The notes below the pieces were generated by a model that saw nothing but the letters and a program-made list of their open reading frames with translations, was not told the DNA's origin and ran no database searches. A stretch of 64,000 bases of DNA, taken from the NCBI GenBank assembly GCA_963836755.1, contig CAWIKF010000001.1, positions 480,001-544,000 of the forward strand. Reading direction: 5' to 3'. Positions 39,706 to 49,111 of the stretch are shown here, piece after piece; position 1 is the first letter of the stretch; each line of letters begins with the position of its first letter. The translations under genes were made by a program, and so were the position numbers. The stretch is from an uncultured Verrucomicrobiae bacterium. GTDB taxonomy: Bacteria; Verrucomicrobiota; Verrucomicrobiia; Chthoniobacterales; Chthoniobacteraceae.

Positions 39706-41022
39706 TTGTCTGACCTTCCTTCCACGGGTCATCCCGCTTATCCTCCTGGGTTCCGCGCACGCCGCGGGCTGAACTGGGGCTTCATTGGGTTGTTATACAC
39801 ATCGTTCTACATGTGTCGCTACAACCTCTCGCTCGCGAATGGAAAAATCAGCGGCGAGTTCGGCTTTTCGAAGGAACAAATGGGCGCGATCATCAGCACC
39901 GCGCTCGCCGCCTACGCATGCGGCCAGATCATCAACGGCCTGATCACCGACCGCATTGGCGGCAAAAAAGCGATGCTCATCGGGGCGGCGGGCACGATTG
40001 TGATGAACACGATTTTCGGCGTTGCGTCGTTCTGGGGATTGCTCTGGCTCTTCGTTCTGATCCGCGGCGTCGACGGTTATTTTCAAGCGTTCGGCGCGCC
40101 GGGTATGATCAAAGTCAACGCCTCGTGGTTCAGCCACACCGAGCGCGGGCGCTTTGCCGGCATCTTCGGATTCATGATCAATCTCGGGCGCTTCGGCATC
40201 TTCACGCTCGGCCCCGCGCTGCTCGGCGGATTCGTTTTCATGGGGATGTTAAAAATCCCGCCGCTCCATTGGCGCTGGCTCTTTTGGATTCCCGCGTGCA
40301 TCGCCACCGTCGCGGCCATTTTCATGGCAATCTTTGTGAAGGACACCCCCGAGGAAGCGCGTTTTCCTGCCGTCAATCCCGACGAACAAGGCGGTGCCGC
40401 CGCTGTCCGCGCGAGCGTCTGGAGCGTCTTCACCACCATCATCAGCAATCCCGTCATCTGGGTCATCGCCGCCGCCTACGCCTGCACCGGGTCGGTGCGG
40501 CAGGGGATCGACCAATGGTTCCCGCGTTACATGCAGGAAGTGCATCACGTGAATTATCAAAGCGTGCAGTTTCAGTTCCTCGGCTTCCTCATTCCATTCG
40601 TCGCATCGGCCGGCTCGCTCATTTCCGGCTACGTCTCGGACACGCTATTCAAAGGCCGTCGCGCGCCGGTCGCAGCCGGCCTTTACTTCATTGAAACGCT
40701 GGTGATTCTCGCCGCGGCGCAAATCCATTCCGCGAATGCAGCCGTCTTTTTTCTAGTCCTGATTTCGTTCACTGCAAACGCCACGCATTCCATTCTCGGC
40801 ACCGCCGCTGCTATGGATGTCGGCGGCGCAAAAATGGCCGGGTTTGCCTCCGGCCTCATCGACAGTTTCCAATACTTTGGCGGCAGCCTTGCCGGCTATT
40901 TTCTCGGGCTGCTTTTGGACAAAAGCTGGGGCTACTACTTTTACTTCATGGCACCGTTTGGCGTCATCGGGGGTTGCCTGATGCTCACGATTCTCGGCCG
41001 CGTGAACTTGCAGAAAAAGTAA
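39706..41022 (+). CDS. MFS transporter, GlpT/UhpC (organophosphate:Pi antiporter)-like
   Basis: About 12 TM segments; YMCRYNLS, GQIING..TDRIG, WFSHTERG and G.SD.LF.GRR motifs; TTG start. Confidence 0.88.
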   Translation: MSDLPSTGHPAYPPGFRARRGLNWGFIGLLYTSFYMCRYNLSLANGKISGEFGFSKEQMGAIISTALAAYACGQIINGLITDRIGGKKAMLIGAAGTIVMNTIFGVASFWGLLWLFVLIRGVDGYFQAFGAPGMIKVNASWFSHTERGRFAGIFGFMINLGRFGIFTLGPALLGGFVFMGMLKIPPLHWRWLFWIPACIATVAAIFMAIFVKDTPEEARFPAVNPDEQGGAAAVRASVWSVFTTIISNPVIWVIAAAYACTGSVRQGIDQWFPRYMQEVHHVNYQSVQFQFLGFLIPFVASAGSLISGYVSDTLFKGRRAPVAAGLYFIETLVILAAAQIHSANAAVFFLVLISFTANATHSILGTAAAMDVGGAKMAGFASGLIDSFQYFGGSLAGYFLGLLLDKSWGYYFYFMAPFGVIGGCLMLTILGRVNLQKK

Positions 41023-41050
41023 ACGGCCAGCGCGATTTCGCGCGTCAAAG

Positions 41051-41518
41051 TTACTCTGGAGTCTTCCGCATGTTCGGCGGGAGTTCCACGATCTCGAACC
41101 AATATTTTTCCAGCGTCTGCAGAATATCGACGAGCGCCGCAAAGGTAACCGGCTTCACGATGTAGGAGTTGACGCCGAGATCGTAGCTGCGGAAAACATC
41201 TTCGTCGGCTTTTGAAGTCGTCAGCACTGTCACCGGGATTTGCCGGAGCTCCGGATCGGCTTTGATTTCCTTCAAAGCCGTGCGCCCATCTTTGCGCGGC
41301 ATGTTCAAATCGAGCAGGATCAAGCCGGGTCTCGGCGAGGTTTCCTCGTCGCTAAATCTGCCTTCGTGCCGCAAATATTCGAGCAGTTCCTCGCCATTTT
41401 CCACGAAGCGCAAATCGTTCGCGAGGCGGCTGTCTTCCAGCGCATCTTTTGTTAATTGACGGTCGTCCGCGTCGTCATCAGCCATTAAAATCGTTATCGG
41501 ATTGCCGTGCATCTTCAT
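41051..41518 (-). CDS. Single-domain response regulator (Rcp1-like)
   Basis: ADDDADD, LLDLNMPRKDG, LTTS and YDLGVNSYIVKP...YW motifs. Confidence 0.93.
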   Translation of the reverse strand: MKMHGNPITILMADDDADDRQLTKDALEDSRLANDLRFVENGEELLEYLRHEGRFSDEETSPRPGLILLDLNMPRKDGRTALKEIKADPELRQIPVTVLTTSKADEDVFRSYDLGVNSYIVKPVTFAALVDILQTLEKYWFEIVELPPNMRKTPE

Positions 41519-43304
41519 CTCCGGTTTTCATGCGTTGTTTGACTGGCAATGTCACGATAAATGTCGCGCCTTCACCCTCGGCGCTTTTGGCAGAAATGAC
41601 GCCGGCGTGACGGTCAATAATCTTTCGGCAGACCGCCAGCCCGATGCCCGTCCCTTCATACTCGCTGCGCGAGTGCAGGCGCTGGAATACGGTGAAAATC
41701 CGGTCGAGATATTTTTCGTCAAAGCCGATGCCATTGTCCTGCACCATGATCTGGCAGACCGAATCGCCGGGCGCCGCGCCGGGCAATTGCTGCTCCGCGA
41801 GCTCGCGGATTTTGGCCGAGACAATCACCTCCGGCACCGCGCCCGGCTTCTGGAATTTCATCGCGTTGGAGATGAGATTTTGAAAAAGCTGCCGCATCTG
41901 TGCGGGGTCTGCCTCGATCACCGGTAGAAATCCGATCTCAACTTTGGCGCCAGTCTGCTCGATGCGCACCTCGAGGTCGCCGAGCACATCGCGAACGATT
42001 TCCGCGAGCTTCACTTCCTCGAACGGATTCGCGCGGCTCGTGATCCGCGAGAGTGTCAGCAAATCGTGCAACAATGTTTGCATCCGGCGCGCGGCACTTT
42101 GCATCCGATCGATGTAGTCCCGCCCGGTCTCACCGACGGCTTCGCCACACTTCATCTTCAGCCGGTCGCCGAACGCCTGGATCTTCCGCAGCGGCTCCTG
42201 CAGATCGTGCGATGCCACGCTCGCAAATTCCTGCAGGTCGTGGTTGCTGCGCCGCAGTTGATCCGCACTTTGCCGCGCCTGCTCCTCCGTGAGTTTTCGA
42301 AAACTGATGTCGCTGCTCACGCCGACGAGCCCAATGCATGTCCCATCCACATCGCGCAGCGGCACCTTGGTCGTTGCGAGCCAGATAAAATTCCCATCGC
42401 GATCCAGCACTGGTTCCTCGCGGTTTAGAATAAAAGTCTTCGAGTGCAGCATCTCAGCATCACCGGCCTCAAATTGCTGCGCGATGTCCGGCGGAAAAAA
42501 ATCGATCGCACGTTTTCCCTCTACTTCGGAGAGCCGCGAGACGCCGATGAAGCGCCGGTGCGCCAGGTTATCGAGCACGTAACGCCCTTTTAAATCTTTG
42601 ACAAACACATGTTCCGGCAGCGCATCGATAACGCTCCGAAGCCGGTTGTGTTCACGCGCGAGCGCCTCCTCCGCCCAGCGGCGCCTGCGCACATCGCGCA
42701 GGATGAACACCGCCGCGGTCCCCAGCATCAGCACCGCCGACACGGTCGCGAGCAAGATCATGAAAGTCGTCGAGCGGCCGATCTCCTTCGTCCATTCCGT
42801 GCGCCGTTTTAGCAGGCCCTGCTCATTTTGCTGAAATCCGTCCAGCAAATTCCTAATATCCGCCGTCACTTGTTTATCTTCGCCGCTGCTGAGGATCGTC
42901 GCCGTTCCCACATCGCCATTGCGCCGCGCCTGCATCGCCGAATCAAACACCTCGACCTTTCTGATCAGGAAAGGATGCAGCGCAACCAGCCGCTGCACCT
43001 GCTCCGGATTGTCGCCAGTGAGCTTTTTTAACTCCGCGAAATCTCTCAGCGACCGGTCCCGCGCTTCCACATAGAGCGGCAGATAGTCCGGATGGGCGAC
43101 CAGCAGATACCCGCGCACCTGATTCTCCGCCTCCGTCAAATGCAGGCGCAACGCCTCCTGCGTCTCCAGCACGTGCCGCGAATGCGCCACCAATTGCGCC
43201 GTCTCCAAGAATCGCCGCGTGCTCCGGTAGGTAGAAAAGGAGAGCGCCCCGAGCATCAGCACCGCGATGCCGAAGCCGAGCACGATCTTTTGCCAGATCT
43301 TCAA
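41478..43304 (-). CDS. CHASE3-PAS sensor histidine kinase (Cph1/phytochrome-type transmitter)
   Basis: TM-CHASE3 (AENQVRGYLL...Y, DNPEQ)-TM-PAS layout; FASVASHDLQEPLRKI, QLFQNLISNAMKF, DNGIGFD, FQRLH and GTGIGLA motifs. Confidence 0.93.
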   Translation of the reverse strand: MKIWQKIVLGFGIAVLMLGALSFSTYRSTRRFLETAQLVAHSRHVLETQEALRLHLTEAENQVRGYLLVAHPDYLPLYVEARDRSLRDFAELKKLTGDNPEQVQRLVALHPFLIRKVEVFDSAMQARRNGDVGTATILSSGEDKQVTADIRNLLDGFQQNEQGLLKRRTEWTKEIGRSTTFMILLATVSAVLMLGTAAVFILRDVRRRRWAEEALAREHNRLRSVIDALPEHVFVKDLKGRYVLDNLAHRRFIGVSRLSEVEGKRAIDFFPPDIAQQFEAGDAEMLHSKTFILNREEPVLDRDGNFIWLATTKVPLRDVDGTCIGLVGVSSDISFRKLTEEQARQSADQLRRSNHDLQEFASVASHDLQEPLRKIQAFGDRLKMKCGEAVGETGRDYIDRMQSAARRMQTLLHDLLTLSRITSRANPFEEVKLAEIVRDVLGDLEVRIEQTGAKVEIGFLPVIEADPAQMRQLFQNLISNAMKFQKPGAVPEVIVSAKIRELAEQQLPGAAPGDSVCQIMVQDNGIGFDEKYLDRIFTVFQRLHSRSEYEGTGIGLAVCRKIIDRHAGVISAKSAEGEGATFIVTLPVKQRMKTGDEDARQSDNDFNG

Positions 43305-43363
43305 AATGCCGCGCGGAAATTCATGCTCTTGTATTCATTGTCTGCAAAAGCCGGGCCAGGCGG

Positions 43364-43448
43364 CGGAGGAGGTGGGATTCGAACCCACGATGCCTTTCGG
43401 CATGGCGGTTTTCAAGACCGCTGCATTAGACCACTCTGCCACCCCTCC
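43364..43448 (-). tRNA. tRNA-Ser (anticodon TGA), long variable arm, CCA not encoded
   Basis: Minus strand GGAGGGGTGGCAGAGTGGTCTAATGCAGCGGTCTTGAAAACCGCCATGCCGAAAGGCATCGTGGGTTCGAATCCCACCTCCTCCG folds into a cloverleaf with a TTCGAAT T-loop; followed by CCG. Confidence 0.96.
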
Positions 43449-43588
43449 AGTGATCGGTTTTTGGGAAAATAAACCACGCGTCATCAAAGCACGAGAGCAA
43501 ACTCCATGCACGTCCCGCGGCGCTTTGAAAAGTGCCAGGGAAACCACTCCGCGTTTGCATTTGCGGGAAGCGCCGGTTCAATAGACGC

Positions 43589-44611
43589 GTGGCTGAAAAC
43601 TTCGTGACCCAAACCATCGAGGCGCCGGATACGCCATTCGATATTTCGCTGCGGCCGCCGGCTTTTGCGGAGTTCGCGGGGCAGGCGAAAATCCGCGAGC
43701 GACTGGAATTGATGGTCGAGGCGGCGAAGCAGCGGGGCGATGTGCTCGATCACATCCTGCTCAGCGGGCCGCCGGGTCTCGGAAAGACGACACTGGCTTA
43801 CATCCTGGCGAGCGCGATGGGCGTCAATATCAAAAGCACGAGCGGCCCGATGATCGAAAAGGCCGGCGATCTGGCGGGCTTGCTGACCACGCTGGAGCGA
43901 GGCGATGTGCTTTTCATCGATGAAATCCATCGGCTGCAGCCGGCGATCGAGGAGTATCTTTACCCGGCGATGGAGGACTACAAACTCGACATCATCATCG
44001 ACCAGGGGCCGAGCGCACGAAGCGTGCGGCTGAACTTGCCAAAGTTCACGCTCATCGGCGCGACGACGCGCGCGGGGATGATTTCCGCGCCGCTGCGGTC
44101 GCGATTTGGGATGATGAGCCGGCTTGATTATTACGTCGCGGAGGAGCTGCAAAAAATCCTCGTGCGCAGTGCTGGCTTGCTCTCAGTGGAAATCGATGAA
44201 GCCGGTGCGCTGGAGATCGCGGCACGGTCGCGCGGGACGCCGCGCGTGGCGAATAATCTGTTGCGCTGGGTGCGCGATTACGCGCAGGTCCGCGCCGGGA
44301 AAAACATCACGCGCGACGTGGCCGATCGCGCGCTCGCGATGCTCGAAATTGACGCCGATGGTTTTGATGAAATGGACAAGCGCATCATCGACGCGCTCAT
44401 CCACAAATTCAGCGGCGGCCCCGTCGGCCTCGGCTCGTTGGCGGTCGCCATCGGCGAGGATGCGGGCACGCTTGAGGATGTGAACGAGCCGTATCTAATC
44501 ATGCAAGGCTACGTGAAACGAACCGCGCAAGGCCGCGTCGCACTCCCGCGAGCGTATGAAAAGATTGGCCTCAAGCCATCGCGCCCGCAGAGCGATTTAT
44601 TCAGCGAATAA
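43589..44611 (+). CDS. ruvB: Holliday junction branch migration helicase RuvB
   Basis: [44 protein letters not shown] and GGPVG motifs; GTG start. Confidence 0.96.
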   Translation: MAENFVTQTIEAPDTPFDISLRPPAFAEFAGQAKIRERLELMVEAAKQRGDVLDHILLSGPPGLGKTTLAYILASAMGVNIKSTSGPMIEKAGDLAGLLTTLERGDVLFIDEIHRLQPAIEEYLYPAMEDYKLDIIIDQGPSARSVRLNLPKFTLIGATTRAGMISAPLRSRFGMMSRLDYYVAEELQKILVRSAGLLSVEIDEAGALEIAARSRGTPRVANNLLRWVRDYAQVRAGKNITRDVADRALAMLEIDADGFDEMDKRIIDALIHKFSGGPVGLGSLAVAIGEDAGTLEDVNEPYLIMQGYVKRTAQGRVALPRAYEKIGLKPSRPQSDLFSE

Positions 44612-44716
44612 TCTCCCGGCGCTGGAGGATTTTGGGAAAAGCCGCGGCCAACTTTGACGCGCGAGAAACGAAATTTTACCACGAGCGGCGGGCATGACTG
44701 CTGCTTCATCCAAGCC

Positions 44717-44860
44717 ATGCTTCACCAAGTTGCTCCCAATATGCTTGCCGCCTTTGGCGGAGTCATCGTTCTATGCCGCATCCTTCGCCTGCTCGGACAC
44801 TTTGTCGCCGAGCCAGTCAGCTCGCTGAAGGCGCGCTTCCAGGAAATTTCGCGCGACTAA
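44717..44860 (+). CDS. Putative small membrane peptide (47 aa)
   Basis: ATG-started ORF with one hydrophobic segment in an otherwise empty intergenic region. Confidence 0.4.
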   Translation: MLHQVAPNMLAAFGGVIVLCRILRLLGHFVAEPVSSLKARFQEISRD

Positions 44861-44987
44861 GCCGCGGTAATCGCATTGCAATCCGCCATCCAATGGCGTC
44901 AACGTTTCGATCATAGGGAGCGCGTCCAGCAATGGGCGCGCTCTTTTTTGGATGAAACTCGCGCGCGAAAAGAGAATCCTGTCGCGC

Positions 44988-45299
44988 ATGCAAATGAAAA
45001 AGTTTTGGCCGCTGCTCGCAATCGCGCTTGCGGGATGCGCGTGGCATCGCCATCCACACGCGCAGCGCGCGACTGGGCCGCGGTTGGTCGGCACGGTGGC
45101 CTTTGTCAATGAGTCGCTCCATTTTGTGCTGATCGATACCGGCACGTTTTATTCGCCCGCGGAGGGCACGGCGTTAAAAAGTTTTGCGGGAAAAGAGGAA
45201 AGCGCGGTGCTTGCCGTGAGTCCCGAGCATCAGCGGCCGTTCATCACGGCGGACATCGTGAAGGGCGAACCGCATCGCGGCGACCTCGTCTACGAGTGA
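44988..45299 (+). CDS. Hypothetical lipoprotein
   Basis: MKKFWPLLAIALAGC lipobox; beta-rich domain (VG.V.FVN...FVLID, ADIV.GEP..GD.V). Confidence 0.78.
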   Translation: MQMKKFWPLLAIALAGCAWHRHPHAQRATGPRLVGTVAFVNESLHFVLIDTGTFYSPAEGTALKSFAGKEESAVLAVSPEHQRPFITADIVKGEPHRGDLVYE

Positions 45300-45345
45300 A
45301 TTTTTTCGAAACGTTGCTCCGCGGGCGGGCTTGTTTTGAAGAGGA

Positions 45346-45386
45346 TTGACTGCTAGTTAGTGCCGTTTATTGTTAAGCGCCTTAAC
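45346..45386 (+). promoter_or_regulatory. Sigma-70 promoter with an overlapping palindromic operator (probable MarR autoregulation site)
   Basis: TTGACT-N16-TATTGT; palindrome GTTAAG-CGC-CTTAAC at 45372-45386, ending 9 nt before the MarR ATG. Confidence 0.65.
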
Positions 45387-45395
45387 TAACCCTGC

Positions 45396-45857
45396 ATGTC
45401 GAAACAGCGCCCTGACCTCGAGATTCGCCACGATTGCGAACGGCTGGCGGACATTTTTTGCGTGCTGCAGCGGCGGTTTTTACTCGATCTCTCGCGGGAG
45501 TTGTCGCGAGGGAACATCACGTTTCCGCAATATTTTTTGCTCGGCTTTTTGTGTCAGCATGAGTTTTTGACCATGTCAGAAATCGCGGGGAAGATGGGCC
45601 ACACGACGGCGGCGGCGACGGGCTTGGTGGACCGGCTCGAGAATCTCGGCTATGCAAAAAGGACGCACGCGAGTGACGATCGGCGGAAGATCAAAGTCGG
45701 GATCACCGATGAAGGCTGTGCGCTCGTCTCGGGCGTTCGAAGCGATATGGTGGGCAGTCTCGCGAAGTTAATGGCGCAGCTCGCCCCGCCCGAGCAAAGC
45801 GCGTGGTTGCAAATTTACGAAAAAATTTACGCTTTCATTCAAACTCAGCAAAAATAG
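45396..45857 (+). CDS. MarR family transcriptional regulator
   Basis: ITFPQYFLL, TMSEIA, TGLVDRLE..GY..R and DRR....IT.EG motifs. Confidence 0.93.
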   Translation: MSKQRPDLEIRHDCERLADIFCVLQRRFLLDLSRELSRGNITFPQYFLLGFLCQHEFLTMSEIAGKMGHTTAAATGLVDRLENLGYAKRTHASDDRRKIKVGITDEGCALVSGVRSDMVGSLAKLMAQLAPPEQSAWLQIYEKIYAFIQTQQK

Positions 45858-47384
45858 ATGAAGTTCAAAATCTTCTGCGCTGCCGCGCTTTTTCTTTTTT
45901 CCGCGAAGCTGATTGCCGGCGATGATTCGCTGCGAAATTACCTCGTGACGCGCAACCTCTCGCTCGATGAAGCGGTCGGCATCGCGCTCAAGCAGAACCC
46001 GGACATTTTAAGGGCGCTGCAGCAAATCCAGCTCACACGCGGCATCGTAATTCAAGTGCGGGCGGAGGCGCTGCCGCAAATCACCGCGACGGGCGTTTAC
46101 AATCAGCAGGACAAAAAACTGACGCAGGATTTTGGCGGCGGTTCCTCCTCGGCTGCGGCGTCGCCGAGTCCATCGGCCGCGCCAGCTGCGGGCGGCGGGG
46201 GAGCAGCCACAACGACCAGCACCAGCACCTCCCGGTCGCAAACAACGACGTCGGCTTTTGGCACGCAGGATAAAAGCTGGGAGGTCTTGATCGAGGGGCG
46301 GCAGATTATTTATTCCGGCACCGTCGGGCCGGCGATCCGCCTCGCAAAATTTGCGGAGGACAGCAGCTACTGGAGTCTGCGCGACACGATCGACAAGGTC
46401 ATCGCGACGACGCGCGAGCAGTTTTACACCGTGCTGCTCGATCGCGCGCTGATCATCGTGCAACAGGAATCGGTCGAGCTGCTGCAAAGTCAGCTCAAGG
46501 ATCAGCAGAGCCGGTTTGAGGCCGGGACAGTGCCGCGTTTCAATGTGCTGCAAGCGCAGGTCGCGCTTTCGAACGCCGAGCCGGCGTTGATCGCGGCGAG
46601 AAACAATTACCTCATCGCGCAGCTCACGCTCGCGCGGACGCTCGGGCTCGGCGCGAGCAAAGTGCGGCCTGGTGCACCGCCGATCAACGCGATTGGCGAG
46701 CTGACCGTGGTGCCGGTGGATCTCGACGTCGCCTCAGCGCTACAGCTCGCACGCGCGCGCCGCCCATTTTTGAAAGTGCAGCGGTTGCAGATCCTTCAGG
46801 AAGTCGAGGACGTGCGGGTGCAATATGGAAATCTGCAACCGACGATTTCGGCGGATGGCGGCTACGAATTTCGCAACTCACATTCGACAACGGACCTGCG
46901 TCAGGTTGTTGACGGTTGGTTTTTTGGCGCGACCGGCTCGTGGGACATTTGGGACAGCGGCGCGACTTATGGTTTGATCAAACAGGCGCGCGCGAAGCTG
47001 AATACGGCGAAGGTCACTTACGAGGATTCGGTGCATCAGGTGGATCTCGAAGTGCAACAGGCGATCTCGAATTTGCGGCAGGCGCAACAGACGATCGAGA
47101 GTCAGCAAAAAAATGTGGAAGTCGCGCTCGAGGCCGTCCGTCTCGCTCGCGAGCGGCTCGCAGCGGGCGCCGGCGTCCAACTCGACTTGCTCAATGCGCA
47201 GGTGCAGCTCACGCAGGCACGCAGCACGGAGCTGCAGGCTAGGCATGATTATAATGCCGACATAGCGGAGTTCGAGCGCGCGACGGCGACCGCGACGCAA
47301 TACGAGGAAACTTTCCGCGACCCGCTCACGCGCCGCGCGCGCGAAGCTGCGGACCGCGATGCAGCGCGCCCGATCGGGAAGTGA
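45858..47384 (+). CDS. TolC family outer membrane efflux protein
   Basis: Signal peptide; LSLDEAV.IAL.QNP; two OEP repeats (RFEAGTV...VLQAQV and RL.AG.G..LDLL.AQ); Ser/Ala/Thr/Gly-rich insertion. Confidence 0.88.
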   Translation: MKFKIFCAAALFLFSAKLIAGDDSLRNYLVTRNLSLDEAVGIALKQNPDILRALQQIQLTRGIVIQVRAEALPQITATGVYNQQDKKLTQDFGGGSSSAAASPSPSAAPAAGGGGAATTTSTSTSRSQTTTSAFGTQDKSWEVLIEGRQIIYSGTVGPAIRLAKFAEDSSYWSLRDTIDKVIATTREQFYTVLLDRALIIVQQESVELLQSQLKDQQSRFEAGTVPRFNVLQAQVALSNAEPALIAARNNYLIAQLTLARTLGLGASKVRPGAPPINAIGELTVVPVDLDVASALQLARARRPFLKVQRLQILQEVEDVRVQYGNLQPTISADGGYEFRNSHSTTDLRQVVDGWFFGATGSWDIWDSGATYGLIKQARAKLNTAKVTYEDSVHQVDLEVQQAISNLRQAQQTIESQQKNVEVALEAVRLARERLAAGAGVQLDLLNAQVQLTQARSTELQARHDYNADIAEFERATATATQYEETFRDPLTRRAREAADRDAARPIGK

Positions 47385-48034
47385 GCGTGCCGATCCTCGC
47401 CTTTCCGGCGCTCGCTGGATTGGAAAATGTTCGCCACGCATTCACGTTGCGCGTGCCGGGGCTCGACGTTCAGACGGATCGTGAAACGGCTTTGCGCCGG
47501 CTCGATCAATTTCACGCGCAAGCCCGTGAGGAGCTGCTCGGAGGCGCAGCGCCTTTCATCACCGCGCGGCAGGTTCATGGGAACAAAGTTGCGACGGTTC
47601 AAGAAGATGCCGAAGCGTGCTTCGAGGAAACGGACGGGCTGATCACGAATTTAAACAAGGTTTGTCTCGGTATTTATGTCGCCGATTGCTGTGCGGTTTA
47701 TCTCGTCGATCCCGTCAATCGCGCGATCGGGCTTCTGCATTCGGGCAAAAAAGGAACCGAGCTCGCGATCGTGCCGCGGGCGCTGGACGCGATGCACGCC
47801 GCCTTCGGATCCGATCCGCGCGAAATGATCGTGCAGCTCAGTCCGTGCATTCGGCCGCCGGAATACGAAATTGATTTTGCCGCGCGAATCTCCGCGCAGT
47901 GCCGCGAATGCGGTGTCCAGCAAGTCTTTGACTCTGCGTTAAACACCGGCGCCGACCTCGGGCGATTTTATTCCTACCGCATTGAGAAAGGGCGCACCGG
48001 ACGGATGCTCGCGATGCTCGCGCTCGATTTTTAA
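47381..48034 (+). CDS. pgeF: YfiH/PgeF (laccase-domain, purine nucleoside phosphorylase-like) protein
   Basis: HAFT.R, QVHG, DGLIT, VADC, H.G and FYSYR..GRTGRM motifs; GTGA overlap with the TolC-family gene. Confidence 0.82.
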   Translation: MSVPILAFPALAGLENVRHAFTLRVPGLDVQTDRETALRRLDQFHAQAREELLGGAAPFITARQVHGNKVATVQEDAEACFEETDGLITNLNKVCLGIYVADCCAVYLVDPVNRAIGLLHSGKKGTELAIVPRALDAMHAAFGSDPREMIVQLSPCIRPPEYEIDFAARISAQCRECGVQQVFDSALNTGADLGRFYSYRIEKGRTGRMLAMLALDF

Positions 48035-48095
48035 TTTCGAAAAATCCCGAAATTTTGCGTCAAATTTCCGCGATAGCTCCGTTAGTCTTTTCTCG

Positions 48096-48842
48096 ATGAA
48101 GCGCTCTTTCGATCCCGCCGAGCCGGAAATGATGGATTTGCCGCAGGCGGTCTCGCCCGAGTTGGAGCGCGACCTGGAAAATCTCGGCAATCTCAACCGC
48201 TATTTTGGCGGGCATTATTTGGTGCGGCGTTTCATCAAACACTGGCTTTTGCCCGGCCGCAGCTATCGGTTGCTCGATCTCGCCACCGGACCCGGCGATG
48301 TGCCGCGGATGATTGTGCGATGGGCGCGGACGCGCGGCATTTCGGTGAAAATTGACGCCGTCGACCTCCATTCCTCGACGCTCGAGGTTGCGCGCAGCCG
48401 CAGCGCTGATTTTCCAGAAATCAATTTCATGCGCGCCGATGCGCGGGTTTTTGAAAATCCGCAAACATACGACCTCGTTTGCTGCTCGCTGGCGCTGCAT
48501 CATTTTTCAGAAATCGATGCAGTCAAAATTTTGCGCCGCGCCTGTGAACTTTCTCACGACAAGGTTCTCATCTCCGACCTCGAGCGGAATCCCCTGACGT
48601 GGGTTTGCGTCTATCTCGTCACTGCGCTCATCTTTCGCGATCGGATGACGAGATACGACGGCCGACTCTCCGTTAAACGAGCGTTCTCATTCCGCGAGAT
48701 GGACGAACTCGCCCAGCAGGCGGGCTGGAGCGATTACGGACACGGCCGATTTTTACCGGCGAGGCAGGCGATTTGGATCGGGAGAAAAGACGACACACCA
48801 GCCGTCGATCTCAGCAGTGCCGCACTCGATTTTGCGACGTAA
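48096..48842 (+). CDS. Class I SAM-dependent methyltransferase
   Basis: EMMD...L..LNR.FGG N-terminus, LLDLATGPGD, SLALHHF, DLER and DG.LSV.RAF motifs. Confidence 0.88.
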   Translation: MKRSFDPAEPEMMDLPQAVSPELERDLENLGNLNRYFGGHYLVRRFIKHWLLPGRSYRLLDLATGPGDVPRMIVRWARTRGISVKIDAVDLHSSTLEVARSRSADFPEINFMRADARVFENPQTYDLVCCSLALHHFSEIDAVKILRRACELSHDKVLISDLERNPLTWVCVYLVTALIFRDRMTRYDGRLSVKRAFSFREMDELAQQAGWSDYGHGRFLPARQAIWIGRKDDTPAVDLSSAALDFAT

Positions 48843-48851
48843 AAGTCTGCG

Positions 48852-49040
48852 CTACAGCTTTTCGATTTCGCTGCGCAGGTCTTCTTTTTTAAGCCCAAGT
48901 TTTTGCTGAAGTTTTCCGAGCCACTCGTCTTCCTTGCCAGACGCAAAGGTCAGGTCGTCGTCGGTGAGCTGCCCGTATTTTTGTTTCAGCTTCCCTTTCA
49001 CTTCGTTCCAATTGCCGCGGAGATTTAGTTTTGTAGTCAT
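48852..49040 (-). CDS. CsbD family general stress protein
   Basis: GNWNEVKGKLKQKYGQLTDDDL...GK...GKLQQKLG signature. Confidence 0.92.
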   Translation of the reverse strand: MTTKLNLRGNWNEVKGKLKQKYGQLTDDDLTFASGKEDEWLGKLQQKLGLKKEDLRSEIEKL

Positions 49041-49111
49041 ACAACAGTTTCGAATTTCCGGGCCGGAAAGGTCGCTGCAGGTTGCGATTTCCACTGCCTG
49101 AAAATTGGGAA

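Noticed and set aside
43300..43450. tRNA-Ser as integration site of a genomic island
   Set aside because: No integrase nearby and no duplicated tRNA 3' end noticed by eye; the flanking genes look like core genes.
43450..43590. LexA box upstream of ruvB (also sought upstream of the LigD polymerase gene)
   Set aside because: No TGTTC-N4-GAACA match was found by eye in either region.
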